Part shown: one piece after another, positions 51,541-63,450 of the stretch | Numbering within the stretch: the first letter of the stretch is position 1 | How the letters are laid out: each line of letters opens with the position of its first letter | NCBI RefSeq assembly: GCF_036321535.1 | Contig: NC_087436.1 | Span: forward strand, 14,756,001-14,820,000 | Direction: 5' to 3' | Origin: Camelus dromedarius | Taxonomy: Eukaryota | DNA: 64,000 nucleotides | Position numbers and translations under genes: made by a program | Notes under the pieces: generated by a model | The model's input: only the letters and a program-made list of their open reading frames with translations | Database searches by the model: none | Told to the model about the DNA's origin: nothing

Positions 51541-52859
51541 ATCAATGATTCGTGTCATCTAAAGCACCCCCTTCTTTTACTTCTAGTGACCAGTTATTGC
51601 TCTTATATATCACCTCCTCCACTCCCTCTCCCACTCTGTCTCTCCTGGTGCTTTCTTGTATGTTGACTTTATCTTACATACGGCCAAGAAAGAAGGATGA
51701 GAGTCAGGCTTGGAAGGAAGTATACTTTGAATATCCAGAGAGTATATATTTCACAAGATACATACGAAGAAAATCTGAAGCGAAAAAGGCCCTTTACCTG
51801 GCATCTCTATCAGTATAGAAAGACCCCTCTTCCTCTTGGTTGATGGATAGACCCTTGGTAGCCTTGGGTTTTGCTCATTGACTGTAAATGAATGCTCAAA
51901 TTGGACAAACTTCTTAAACATACTGTCCTATTTTTTTTGTTTTTCTTATAATTCTTTCTTCCTTCCAATTTACTTTCAAAGAATGACCATTTGTTTGGTT
52001 CAAATAGTTATCTCTAGACACTTAAGTTTTCACTACCTAAAGCAGGACGATCCACATGGTGAGATTCTGATGGGAAGAGAGAAGACTCAGGTCTTGCCTC
52101 AGGGACTGCTCTGAGTCCTTCGGCCCCTCTTTCCTCTGATTCAAGGGGATGGAGCCCTTGGTGAGGTGGACTCCTCTCTCCAAAGGTTCCTGTTGAGAAC
52201 CCCCTTTTCCAAATCATGTAAAAATCAACTTTAGCTACTGTGGTAATGATTTGTGGGGAGCAGCAGAAATTCCTCTGTAATTACGTGTGAATCAATGTGT
52301 GATTTCCTAATGAGCTTAAGTGAAGAAATCATCGTTTTGTGATAAATGCTTTATATCTTAAAATGCCAGCAACACATAGCTAATAAATTCAATCAAACCA
52401 CACTCATTTATGTAACATTTGCAATTATTATTTAACATGCTGTCTTTCTTTACTGCTTTACTGCTTTGGGTAATTGCAGAGTCTAAAAGTTCCCTTTTCA
52501 TAAACAAGGCCACGGAAACTCATTATGATGGAGTTTTCCTTAATGCGATCATAAATGAGTTCATTTTGAAATGAATCTGCGTGCTCTGCAGGCCAAGACC
52601 CACCCCTGACAGAAGATGTTGTTGCCACTGAATGAGTTTGCCCAGGCAGGGATATTTGTCCCCGGATGAACTAGGTCATTCTCTGACCCTCTATCTTGGG
52701 CACCTACTGATGTCCAGACCAGGTGGGAAAAACATTCACTGATCAAAATTTGGTTCCTCTTCATTGAAGAAAGGATGAGACACAATGAATTAAGTGACAT
52801 GACCAGGGGGTCACAAGGCAGCAATGAAGCCAATGAGTCTCAGCACAGAAGACAACATA

Positions 52860-53095
52860 ACATACTGACTAAAGAGTCAATTCTGGATTCAGATTCCAGA
52901 TGTGCCACATAGCAGTTTGTGACCTTCAACAAACTACTCAGCCTCTCTCAGCCCAGTTCTCCTCATCTGTCAAATAGATACAATGCCTATTGCTGGTGGG
53001 AAAATTAGACGACTTAGAATTATTAGATGGCACGTAGACAAGCTGAGGGCACCCGGCCTGGAGCACAACACATGGACAACAAACTGTAGTTAGTC
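52860..53095 (+). mobile_element. MIR SINE
   Basis: 'tagcagtttgtgaccttcaacaaactactcagcctctctcagcccagttctcctcatctgtcaaat'. Confidence 0.8.
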
Positions 53096-54559
53096 AAATA
53101 ATTTTTGGTGCCCTTAAAAATTGATAAATATCAGAAGGGGTGAAACTGACCCCCCCAATCCATGACCCATGTATTTTTCCCAAGTGGCCAAGACGGTAGT
53201 TTGTTCCATCTGTATCTTCTAAGGAGCTGAGAGAGTAGCAGGCATTGATCACGGTTTTGTTCTTGGGACCCAAAGTCATTTCTTAATGGGTTGCACTGAG
53301 TAGCCTGTCAAACCCTAAATGAATCCTCTTCCTCTTAAGATGAGTGAGAGTTTGGAGCTGGTTAAATGGAGGCCCACATTAGTTTTGAGACTCCTATCAA
53401 AATTAGCAGCTGCAGACCCAGGGTTGGCAGGATGTATGAGAAAGCTCTTCAGTCCTAGTCTTCCCAAGGCTTCTTCAAGGAACCCTGCCCTACCCACAGG
53501 CCCCGCTCAAGGGCCGGTCCCAGGCAGCCATGATGTGTGCCGTGCCACTCAGCCCCGCTCCTGCCCAGGCCACAGCTGACCTTGGGCTGCCCAACAACTC
53601 ATGCAAGCTCGGCCTGCCCAGTCATATTTCCTCACTCAGTAATTGAAACTAAAAAACAGTGGGGAAACTGTAAAGGCATGGCTGTAAGAGGCTCTAATGG
53701 GCCTTCTGTGAGACAAAGTTAAGACTGCAGAGAAACTAAAAGAAAGAAGAGGAAACCAAAGGTGCAGGAGAAGGGACTCTCTGCACAGAGAGAGCAGGGG
53801 CAGTATGGGAGAAGGACAGAGAGCCTGGTTGATTCTGCCCGGGTTCCTGATGGTTTTCTAGTTCCAGACACAGTCTCTCCATACTTCAACAGACCCCCTG
53901 TTCCTTGAGGCACCTTGAGGACAGACTCCCTCAGCGATGACCTCAAGCCCAGTTTGGGCTACTGTGAGAGAGCAGAGGTTGGAAGAAATAGGTAAAATAA
54001 AGGTCAGGAGTGATAAACAGCAGCAACAATAGGGAGCACTGTTAATTATTTCTGCAGGGGATCTTGTTATCCATTTGTTTTTCAGACAACAGTGCAGACC
54101 TTGTAAGTAGAACGTTTGGTTTTTGAACATAAACGAATTAAAAAGATGTAAATTCTCAAGGTATTTAATTCTAATGAAATTCAAAGGCCTTAAACGTCCA
54201 TTCAAAGAGAGAAATCTATTATCTCTTTAGACAATTGCCTTGTTCATGGGGTCCTTCCACAGACATTAAATAAAACACATATGAATGTTCCTTTGTTGGA
54301 GTCTGCATAGATTTCACAGTGGCTGACACTCTTCCTAATAAAGAAACGACTTTCTGTCCCTTTGTTTTCCCTGTTTCCACTGTCACCACCATAATAGGAC
54401 ATTGCCTTTCACCTGAACTCCTGCAGTGTCCCAGGTGCTCTCCCTATGCCATGTATATTGTAAATGCTCATTAAGTGCTTTGTGAGATGCCTCTGCTGCA
54501 CCCGAACTAACCAGAACTCCTCAAAGCTGTTCCTCACTCAAGAAAACACAACTTTAAAA

Positions 54560-57045
54560 AACATATACGTATTTCATTATGGAAAATTCCAAACATAAAA
54601 AAGCAGAGAGAATAAAACAATGAACTCCCATATATCCATAACATAGATTAAGGGGCAATCAACTCAGGACCAATCTTGTTTCATCTCTAGATTCACATAC
54701 GGCCCCTGTCTCCTCTTCTCTCATGCTGATTTGGAAGCAAACCTAAAATATTATCTCTTTTCTTTCACAGGTATTGCTGTGCATGTTTCTAAGGGGAAAA
54801 GCTTTAATGTAACCAAAATACCATCATCACAATGAAGTTCAAATAATGATTGTTATGTAATATTATCAAGTGTCCAGTCAGTGTTCAAATTTCCCTAATT
54901 GTCTTCTCAATGTCTTTTTTTAACTGAAGTATAGTCAGTTACAATGTGTCAGTTTCTGGTGTACAGCATAATGTCCCAGTCATATATGTATATTTACATA
55001 TATCAATTTTCATATTCTTTTTCATTAAAGGTTATTACAAGACATTGAATATAGTTCCCTTACTATACAGAAGAAATTTGGTTTTTATCTATTTTTATAT
55101 GTAGTGGTTATCATTTACAAATCTCAAACTCCCAGATTTAACCCTTCCCATCCCCTTTCCTCCGCTGGTAACCATAAGATTGTTTACTATGTCTACAAGT
55201 CTGTTTCTGTTTTGTAGATGAGTTTATTAGTGTCCTCTTTTTTCTTTCTTTCTTTCTTTTTTTAGATTCCACATGTAAGTGATATCATATGATATTTTTG
55301 TTTCTCTTTCTGGCTTACTTCACTGAGAATGACCATCTCCAGGTCCATCCATGTTGCTGCATATGGCATTATTTTATTCTTTTTTATGACTGAGTACTAT
55401 TCCATTATATAAATATACTACAACTTCTTTATTCAGTCATCTGTAGTTTTCTTATTTGAATCATATTCCAAGTAAATTTAACACCTTATAATGGTTGATA
55501 TATCTTTTAAGTCTCTTTTAATTTATAAGTTTCTCCCCACTCCCTCCTCTCCTGCCTCATTTTTCCCTCCTCTCTATTTTTCATTCCCTTTCTCTCTCTT
55601 TTCCTGCAATTTACTTATTGAAGAGAAAGGGTCATTGTCCTGTAGTTTTCCATAGTCTAGATTTTGCTGACCACATTTTTATGTTGTAATTTAAAATGTT
55701 CCTCTGTCCCCTCTCTTGTCCTTAAATTGGTGTCTAGCTCGAGACTGGAGTCACACTCAGATTCAGGTTCAACTTTTTGGCAGTGCTGTAAAGGCAATGT
55801 TGGGTACCTCCATCAAGCTCCACATAATGTCTTTTGGTCTCCCTTTTGGTGATGTCAGCTGATGATCACTGCCTAGATCCATTTGACCATGAGGAGCTGC
55901 AAAGTGGTGATGTCCTAATTTGATCATTCTTTCTTCATTTATTAACAAGACTGCTTCTAACTTCTCATCATCTAGTTGGTGACCCTAAGCTATAGGTCAC
56001 AGGAAAGGCAAGATAAGTGTTTGATTTAAAATCTGCTTGTTCCCTAGCGTCTGTTAGATGTGACCAAGGAGTTTCTTCATTAAGGGTTATTCTGAACCCG
56101 TGGATTTAAATGTATTCGAGGTGTTTCAATCCACTGCAGTACTATTTTTATTGATGATGCTAACGTTCTGCCTTTGGATACTGGGAACTTCTTCAAGTTG
56201 GCTCCTGAGTGTTTTGACCTGGCTCCAGTGGTCTTTGATGTCTTCCTTGCTCCCTGTTTTTAACAAGATGCTCCAGGAACATCTCACACAGTTCCTACCC
56301 TAGACCTAGAGTCAGCCTTTTCTCCAGGAGAAATCGGCTTTTTCTCCTGGTTCTTTTTAATAGAAATGCATTTAAAGACCACAATCTGGGCACTAGGGAT
56401 GTTCACTGGTACAGGATTGATTTTCATTTCTGGGCCTTTTCAGGATAAATATGTTAATATGTTTTTTTTAAAGATAAAATATATTTTCAGTTCATACTGA
56501 TATTTCTAATTAAAATTCAGGACTACAGGATTTTTACTATTCCATCTCATATTTTTATCTGTGACTTCATTGCAAATATTTTTTTCAGCTTGTCATTTAT
56601 TTCCTTTCTTCTTTATTTTTCTTATGGCGCTTTTTGCTGTACAAAAACAAATAAAATTAAATTGTTAAGGAGTCAGATTTATTAGTCTTTTCCTTACTAT
56701 ACCTGAGTTCTGAGTCATAGTTAGGAAAGCTTCCCTACTGTCGTGTGATAAGAGAATTCATCCATATTTTATTCTAATATGTGTATGGTTTCACTTTTAC
56801 TTACATTTAACTTTCTGATCTGTTTGAAATTTGTCTTCTTGTGTCTCGATAAAGAAAAGATCCAGTTTTATCTTTTTGAAGCATGCCTTTTCAATTACCC
56901 AACATTATTTCTTAAAAAATCCATCTTTTCCCCCTTCATATGCGATGGTATCTTCATTGTAAATTAAATTTCCATATGTGATTGGACCTATTTCTGTACC
57001 ACTGGTCTTTCTGTCTGTTCATGAGCCAATACTACACTGTATTAT
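54560..57045 (-). mobile_element. L1MC4/L1MC5-like antisense fragments, interrupted by a young L1
   Basis: 'ttcattatggaaaattccaaacat', 'tccagtcagtgttcaaatttccctaattgtc', 'gtttcaatccactgcagt', 'agttcatactgatatttctaattaaaattcaggactacagg'. Confidence 0.8.
54915..55445 (-). mobile_element. Young (camelid-type) L1 3' end nested in L1MC
   Basis: 'tttttaactgaagtatagtcagttacaatgtgtcagtttctggtgtacagc...ccaggtccatccatgttgctgca'. Confidence 0.92.
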
Positions 57046-57227
57046 GGAACCTCTATGACAGGCTCTTTGCTTTCAGGGTTTTCCAGGTTATTCCTGCAAA
57101 GACAAAACTATTGAGTGAGTGCCTCTCTGTAACTCTCTTGTCAGGGTCCCAAGCCTGTTTTCTAAGAAGGCACCTCACTGACTTGGTAAATGGGATTGAG
57201 GGGAGCCATGGATGGGCCCCTTAAGAC

Positions 57228-57430
57228 AGGAATTGGCACACTACAGCCCATGGCCCCATTTATTTGTAAATAACATTTTGTTGAAATATACCTTTATTAT
57301 GTTGGCACACTGCCTTCATTCTACAGTGGGAGAGCTGAGTCATTGTGATGAAGACTGTATAACTGGCAGAGCCTAAAATATTAAAATTCTATTTCTAGCC
57401 CTTTACAGAAAAAAAGTCTGCAGATCCTTG
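57228..57430. mobile_element. MER58A-like hAT-Charlie MITE
   Basis: 'caggaattggcacactacagcccatgg...ttgtaaataacattttgttgaaa...gccctttacagaaaaaagtctgcagatccttg'. Confidence 0.8.
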
Positions 57431-57490
57431 CCTTGAGATAACACATTGGCATCCTAATGGGTCTTCTAGAGATAATGATAAGTTCCAAAC

Positions 57491-58278
57491 CAGGTCGGCT
57501 ACATAGTTTGCAGGGCCCAGTGCAAAATAAAAGTTCAGACCCCCATCCAAAAGGCAGGAAAACGTGCTGCAAAAAAGACTCAACTATAAAGCTTTTTCCT
57601 TCTGTGGTTTCTCTCTCAGATTGTCATGTTTTTAACATGCTATTTAATGTCACACTAAGAAAAGAAAAATGAAAAATTTAAACTGTTAGCATGAATTTTA
57701 CCTTTCATCTTCACATTGTACAATATATCTTTTAGATTCAAATATAAGAGCCTTTAATTTGTATGCAGGGTCACTGAAATTGCACAATTCGTATTTCCTG
57801 GCTTATCTCTGGAGGGTGGCTTCAGTTGGCCAGAGGTGACAAACACAGGCAGATTCAGAAAGGAGAAAAAGAGGGTCCCTCAGGCCTAGGGTGTGCCCCG
57901 GGGGAGCAAGGTCAGACCCTCAAGGGGGTCCAGGGGAACACTTCAGGGCAATTAGGTCTTGTCCGTTCCTCCGCCCGTCAGCCGCTGGACCCATGGGGTA
58001 AGTTATCCCTGCAGAGTCACCCGCGAAGGCATTGCATAGTAGATCCAACAACCTGCTGGGCGTTGGGCAGTGGTCACTGGACAGGTCAGAGATTGGGTGC
58101 TGAGGACCTGTCCCAGAGAGGTGCTGAGGGCAGCAGTGTCCCATTAGATTTCACTTCACAAGCACAAAATTCAAAGAGAAAATGATTAAGGATATCAAGA
58201 CAGAGCCTCAGAGCCTTAAACCCCAAGTTTAGGGCCCTGTGCAACTTCACTGCTTGCATGCCCTTGACATTGGCCCTG
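57491..58278. mobile_element. MER45B/C-like hAT-Tip100 element
   Basis: Starts 'caggtcggctacatagtttgcagggcccagtgcaaaataaaa' and ends 'gggccctgtgcaact...gcatgcccttgacattggccctg'. Confidence 0.75.
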
Positions 58279-58439
58279 ATCTCAACTAGTGGTCATGGTG
58301 CTGAGAAATGTCAGTCAACACCACAGATTGAAGGGAATGGGTGGGGGTACAAATATTTTGAGGAGCCCTACAGATGTGTGCTACCTCTTAATGACACCTT
58401 AGAGAGGTTGTCCATCTGCTTAAACCCTACAATTTTCTG

Positions 58440-59125
58440 GTCTTTTTTAAAACATGCATGGTTAAATTGTGGTACAATATATGTAATATAGCATTTACCA
58501 TGTAACTGTTTTTAAGCACTATGCAATTCAGTGACCTTACGTACATTCACAGGATGCAACCATCATCATCATCCACCAGCCAAACTTGTTCCTCCTGGGA
58601 CACTAAAACTCGGTACTCATTGGATGATAACTCCCCACCCTTCTCTTCCCGCAGCCCCTGGCAACCAACATTTTATTTTCAGTCTATGACTTTGACCACT
58701 CCAAGTACCTCGTTTAACTGGAATCGGGCAGTATTTGCCCTTTTGTGTCTGGCTTATTTCACTTAGCATAATGTTCTCAAGGTTCATCCATATTGTTACA
58801 TGTGTCAAAATTTCCTTCTTTTTAATAGTTTATTTATTAATTATTGCATTATTTATTTTATTTTGGTGGGGGGTGTGGGGAAGTAACTAGGTTTATTTAG
58901 TTTTAGAGGAGGCACTGGGGATTGAACCCAAGACCTCTTGCATGCTAAGCATGTGCTCTACCACTTGAGCTATACCCTCCCCTCTAAAATTCCCTTCTTT
59001 TTTGAAGCTGAGTTACACTCCACTGTAGGTATAGGCCACACTTTGTTTATCCAGTCCTCTGCTGATGGACACTTTGGTGGCTTATGTGTTCTCATGCTTA
59101 TGAATAACGTTGCTGCGATGTGGGT
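58440..59125 (-). mobile_element. L1MB-like 3' end, interrupted by a SINE
   Basis: 'cagcccctggcaaccaacattttattttcagtctatgactttgaccactc...ggcttatttcacttagcataatgttctcaaggttcatccat'. Resumes after 59000. Confidence 0.85.
58822..58985 (-). mobile_element. tRNA-derived SINE (Vic-1-like), long form
   Basis: Antisense 'ggggattgaaccc...gctctaccacttgagctataccctcccc'. TSD aaaatttccttcttt (58807-58821) / aaaattcccttcttt (58986-59000). Confidence 0.92.
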
Positions 59126-59269
59126 GCATAATGTACTGCCTCCTTACACTTGGTTCCTGTATCACTGAATGAACCTGCACATAAAATTGCAATGCTGCTG
59201 CAGCTGCTCTTTGGCGACCTGGAGTCACGGGGACATCCCCAGGGTCACACTCGACGTCCCCCCAAGGAT

Positions 59270-60850
59270 TTGGTTTCTAGCCTGCATAGATTGGCAGTAA
59301 CAGGAAAATATTTCAGAAACAGAAAGCACTGAAGCATGATTTTTCTTTGTTCCTGCAAAACAACTTTGGTTTATTTTCTCCCATATGAGGCTTTGTTTTC
59401 ACCTATGCAAATGTGATTCATCTTTCAGCGCCAGAGAAGGGCCTTAAATAACATAATTACTTCACCAATCATCGACTTGGCTACTGGAAATCATCTTTTT
59501 AGTGAGGTCGACTGCAGTTGCTTGAGCTGTAGACAGAACCCAAATAACAAGCAAACTTCTTTTCTTAAAATGCTAATTATTCTCTGAAATGAGTGTTGTT
59601 TAAAAGGGGGGATTTAATTGGATATTAAATCTGCAATTGAAAGATTAAATTATGACATAAACAAACACATCAGTCTAATAGGTCTTTGGAAAAAAATCAG
59701 GAATCCCACTCCAGTTTTTGTTAAGTGCAAATGCATTCAGATATAGATTTCATTCTCTTCCCATTTTGCTGTGCTTTGTAGCTTTCAGCCTGAATTCTTT
59801 CCTGGGCTGGTTCCAAAGGAAATCATCTCAGGAGGCTGAGAAAGCTCAGGATTCTGTGAGCACTGGCCCCAAAGTAACCTTTTGCTTAAAGACTTTACCT
59901 GTATAAATGAAATTCAGGAAATGTTGAGAAACCATTCTGAAATGAATAATATGGAAGCAATTCCAAGGGGTATAATTTGGGATGCATCAAAGGTAGTGGT
60001 TACAGACCACATTTGCCTCACTGTAAGTTTAAAGAAAATCGAAGATCAAAACAGGTACATGTTCGAGAAGGAAATTAAGAAATGAGAAGTACATCATCGC
60101 AGTAGAAAAAAATCCCAAATGATTTTTCAGAAAATTATTTCAAGGCAAAGTAATACCCTTTTTAATAGAAAAGAACGTGACCCCCCCCCCCTCCAAGTTT
60201 ATAAAGCAGGCTTCCCGGGAATAGGAAATAAAGATGAGGAGCTCTCCAACTTTACATTTTAAAAAGGTACAAGAAAGCAGAAGTTTTTTTTCCTCTCCCT
60301 AAAATAGGTACCCATCTGGGAGGGTGAAAATACAACCACGACAGGAAGTCTTTTTAAACACAGATGCCCGGGGCTGGGAGAAATGAAAGGAAAATGCAGT
60401 AGCCTCCGCCACACTTCAGCCAGCTGCCCTAGCCTGAGACAGCAGCATCCCCAGTGCGGGAGTGTCTCCCCACCAAGACGGGAGGTACAAGCCAAAGCAA
60501 GTGATGGCACATTCTTGGTGCTGCCTTCACCTCTTACGAGATCCTTGAAAGTAAAATATTAGATGGGTGTGCGACTTATGGGGAAAATTCTGGTATGTTG
60601 TTTGAGAAATACTGTCCTTCATTGTCAGTTTATCAAACTGCCGTGGTGATCTCTAAATCAGATGAATTTTTAACACGTTTCTTTTCCACGTTTAAAAACT
60701 TGGTAATGAGATTTTCTTAAATGTTTTATTCTGGGAGTAAATTCAGGGAAATAATATTTTTTGTTGGTGAATCTTTTATCCTCATCTAATGAAATTCCTT
60801 GTCAGTCTTTTATTAGGTGACAATAAAGCATTTTAACAGCATAGAGTGAC
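59270..60850 (+). mobile_element. Ancient decayed L1-clade ORF2 fossil (APE endonuclease, linker, N-terminal RT), possibly of non-mammalian L1 type
   Basis: Colinear motifs across frameshifts: RKIFQKQKALKHDFSLFLQ (59302-59358); PNNKQTSFLKML (59540-59575); GD(F)NWILNLQL (59608-59639); SLIGLWKKIRNPT (59672-59710); WPQSNLLLKD (59864-59893); WDASKVVV (59978-60001); EKEIKK; FIKQASRE/GNK (60198-60232); CFILGVNSG..LLVNLL (60722-60778); LLLGDNKAF-NSIE* (60807-60849). Confidence 0.75.
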
Positions 60851-60859
60851 CAGGTCTGG

Positions 60860-61176
60860 ACACTGTTTGAAGTACAGAAAATTTATCTTTATATTGTTAG
60901 TTTTTAGCTGTGATAATGGTAATATAGTTATGCTTGAAAAAAGTTAGAGATATATATTGAAATATTTCCTGAAAAATGTGATCTGTCTTGGATTTGCTTA
61001 AAAAGAAATGTAGAACCTGGGTAGGTGGGGAGGGACCAGGGAGACGTGAGACCGCCCAAGTGCTGATGGCGGTCAAGGCTGGTCCTGAGTGCTGGGAGGT
61101 CAGTATGCTCGTGTCTATCTTGCATATGTGTGAAATTTTCCACAGCAGAAAGTTTTCTTCTAATTAAAAAAAAAAA
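60860..61176 (+). mobile_element. Old L1M (L1MD/L1ME-like) 3' end
   Basis: 'tttttagctgtgataatggtaatatagttatg...gagatatatattgaaatattt...tgtcttggatttgcttaaaa...tgaaattttccaca', followed by an A-tail. Confidence 0.7.
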
Positions 61177-61184
61177 GCTGTCTT

Positions 61185-61333
61185 GGCGGAGAGGGTATAG
61201 CTCAGTGGTAGAGCACATGCCTAGTACGCACGAGGTCCTGGGTTCAATCCCCAGTACCTCTGTTAAAAAAAAGTTAGTAAATAAACTTAAGTAACACCCT
61301 GCCCAAAGTGAAATGATTAAAAACAGTAACAAC
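61185..61333 (+). mobile_element. tRNA-derived SINE (Vic-1-like), long form
   Basis: 'gagggtatagctcagtggtagagcacatgcctagtacgcacgaggtcctgggttcaatccccagtacctc'. TSD aaaagctgtct (61173-61183) / aaatgctgtct (61334-61344). Confidence 0.92.
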
Positions 61334-61473
61334 AAATGCTGTCTCTACATTCCTTAAGAAGCCTCAGCTTGTTTCCTGGAGAAGAAAAGTGAGTGCAAAT
61401 ATGTCATTGTCTCTTGGTGAGAGCAGGTCCCCTACAGGTTGTAGCCATGACCTATTATTTTTTTCCCCTCTCT

Positions 61474-62105
61474 CTTTTTTTTTAATTGAAGTATGTAGTC
61501 AGTTTACAATTTTGTGTCAGTTGCTGGTGTACAGCATCATGTTCCAGTCATACATATGTGTACCTATGTTCCTTTTAATATTCTATTTCATTATAGGTTA
61601 CTACAAGATATTAAATATAGTTCCCTGTGCTGTACAGTAGAAACTTGCTGTTTATCTATTTTATATGCAGTAGTGTGTGTCTACAAATCTCGAACTCCTA
61701 GTTTATCCTTTCAAACCCTCTTCCCCTGTCCCATAACCATAAGTTTGTTTTCTATGTCTGTGAATCTGTTTCTGTTCTGTAAATAAGTTCATTTGTGTCT
61801 TTTTTTTTTTTTTTTCGGATTTCACATATGAATGTTATCATATGGTATTTTTCTTTCTCTTTCTGGCTTACTTCACTTAGTGTGATGATCTCCAGGTCCA
61901 TTCATGTTGCTGCAAATGCATCATTTTATTCTTTTTTAATCACTGAGTAGTATTCCATTGAATAAATATACCACAATTTCTTTATCTAGTCATCTGTTGT
62001 TGGACATTTATGTTGTTTCCATGTCTTGGCTATTGTAAACAGTGCTGCTATGTACTTGGTGGTGCAGGTGTATTTTTTGCATTAGAGTTCCCTCCAGATA
62101 TAGCC
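61474..62105 (-). mobile_element. Young (camelid-type) L1 3' end
   Basis: 'tttttaattgaagtatgtagtcagtttacaattttgtgtcagttgctggtgtacagc...catgtcttggctattgtaaacagtgctgctatg'. Confidence 0.93.
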
Positions 62106-62424
62106 CATTGCCTTCTGTTCCAGCCAAACTGACTGGGGACAATCACCTACTGACATAACAGCCTGTGCAGGGCTCCCTGCAGGCGGAGGCAGAGAGGGTA
62201 GGGTCCTTGCCATGTGACTTGAGGAATCTCGGAGAGCCCCCATTGGGTCCCATTCCCCATTTGCTTGGATTAGAGGCCAGATTCCTATCACTGAGTCCTG
62301 CTTACATCCACACTTTCTTTTCCTTTCTTCTTTCTTCTCTGGATATCAGGATGAAATGGAACACTCTTATCTCCCTACTAATTGCCAATCCTTTGAGGGA
62401 GAAGGGGAATGTGAAAGAAACCAT

Positions 62425-62610
62425 GTACTAAATGCTTATTTATTAAGTGTTAGACAAAGAGCTGGGCACTTACCTCTGGTATTTCCTATAATCCTGTCAG
62501 ATGTAGGTGATTTTAAAATTCCTGTGAAGTGAAGTAATTTTTTAAAAATCCCATTTTACAAAGGAGGAAATTGAGGTTGGGAAGTTCACTAACTTGTGGG
62601 TCTATAGATC
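62425..62610 (-). mobile_element. MIR SINE
   Basis: 'atcccattttacaaaggaggaaattgaggtt'. Confidence 0.65.
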
Positions 62611-62611
62611 T

Positions 62612-63045
62612 TGGAGTATCTTTGGCTGCAAATTAAGAGAAAACTAAGCTTAACATGTTTCAAACAACAAAAAGGATTCTTGGGCTAAGTAACTTGGTGA
62701 ATACTGAGACACAGCGGATTTCAGGGACAGTTCTATCAGGGTTTCGGTTCTGTGTCTCTACATCCTCCATGTGGTACTGGTTTCACCACGGACTGGCTAC
62801 CCTCCTAGCAATAAAAAAGGCTGTCAGGCCTCATCCCTGCATAACACACCCATCAGGGTGAGACAGGCTCCCGTCTTCCCGACTAAGAGCCAAGTCCCGC
62901 AGTTCCCTGGGACTGGACGCGAAGGCCATGGGGCGAGGGGCTCAGGCCCATCCTTTAACCGTGGCTCACAGATGAAATTATACCACGGGGCTGGGCTGTG
63001 GTTAATCTTACCCAAACCACAAGGCTGCTACAAAATTAAATAACT
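62612..63045 (-). mobile_element. MaLR (MLT1-type) LTR, degraded
   Basis: 'tctttggctgcaaattaagagaaaactaagcttaac...aaaaggattcttgggctaagtaact'. Confidence 0.5.
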
Positions 63046-63304
63046 GTTATAAGCAGAGAAGGCTGTTCATCAGATTGCCACAGGAAAATGACTTGAAGGA
63101 ATTAGATGTCCCAGGGGTCTCCCTGCTTATCCTTCCGCAGAGCGGAAGGGCTGGGACAGGTGAAGAGCTCCTCCCCCACCCAGCCTGGGGTGACCTGGCC
63201 TGGGTGACCTGGCCAGTGAGTTGAGCAGAGGGAAGGAAGTGTTGGTGATCATTTCTGGTTTAGGGAAAAACAAAAGGGAAGATGGTGGTAAAGAGACAAG
63301 TAGT

Positions 63305-63450
63305 GGGGGAGGCCATAGCTCAGGGGCAGAGCACACGCTTAGCATGCGCAGGGTCCTGGCTTCAATCCCTACACCACCACTTTAAAAAAAAAAAAAAAAA
63401 AAGACCTAAGAAAATAATAAAATGCTGTTGGGTTCATTAAAAAAAAAAAA
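63305..63450 (+). mobile_element. tRNA-derived SINE (Vic-1-like) with a bipartite poly(A) tail
   Basis: 'ggggaggccatagctcaggggcagagcacacgcttagcatgc...ggcttcaatccc'. TSD aaagagacaagtag (63290-63303) / aaagagccaagtgg (63451-63464). Confidence 0.88.

Noticed and set aside
59882..60085. 67-aa ORF as a functional protein or domesticated gene
   Set aside because: It begins at TTG and is one open piece of a LINE fossil with many stops and frameshifts. Catalytic motifs are degenerate.
61185..61260. tRNA-like sequence with A and B boxes (also at 6986, 58905 and 63305)
   Set aside because: A-tails, TSDs and divergence among copies indicate SINEs, not tRNA genes.
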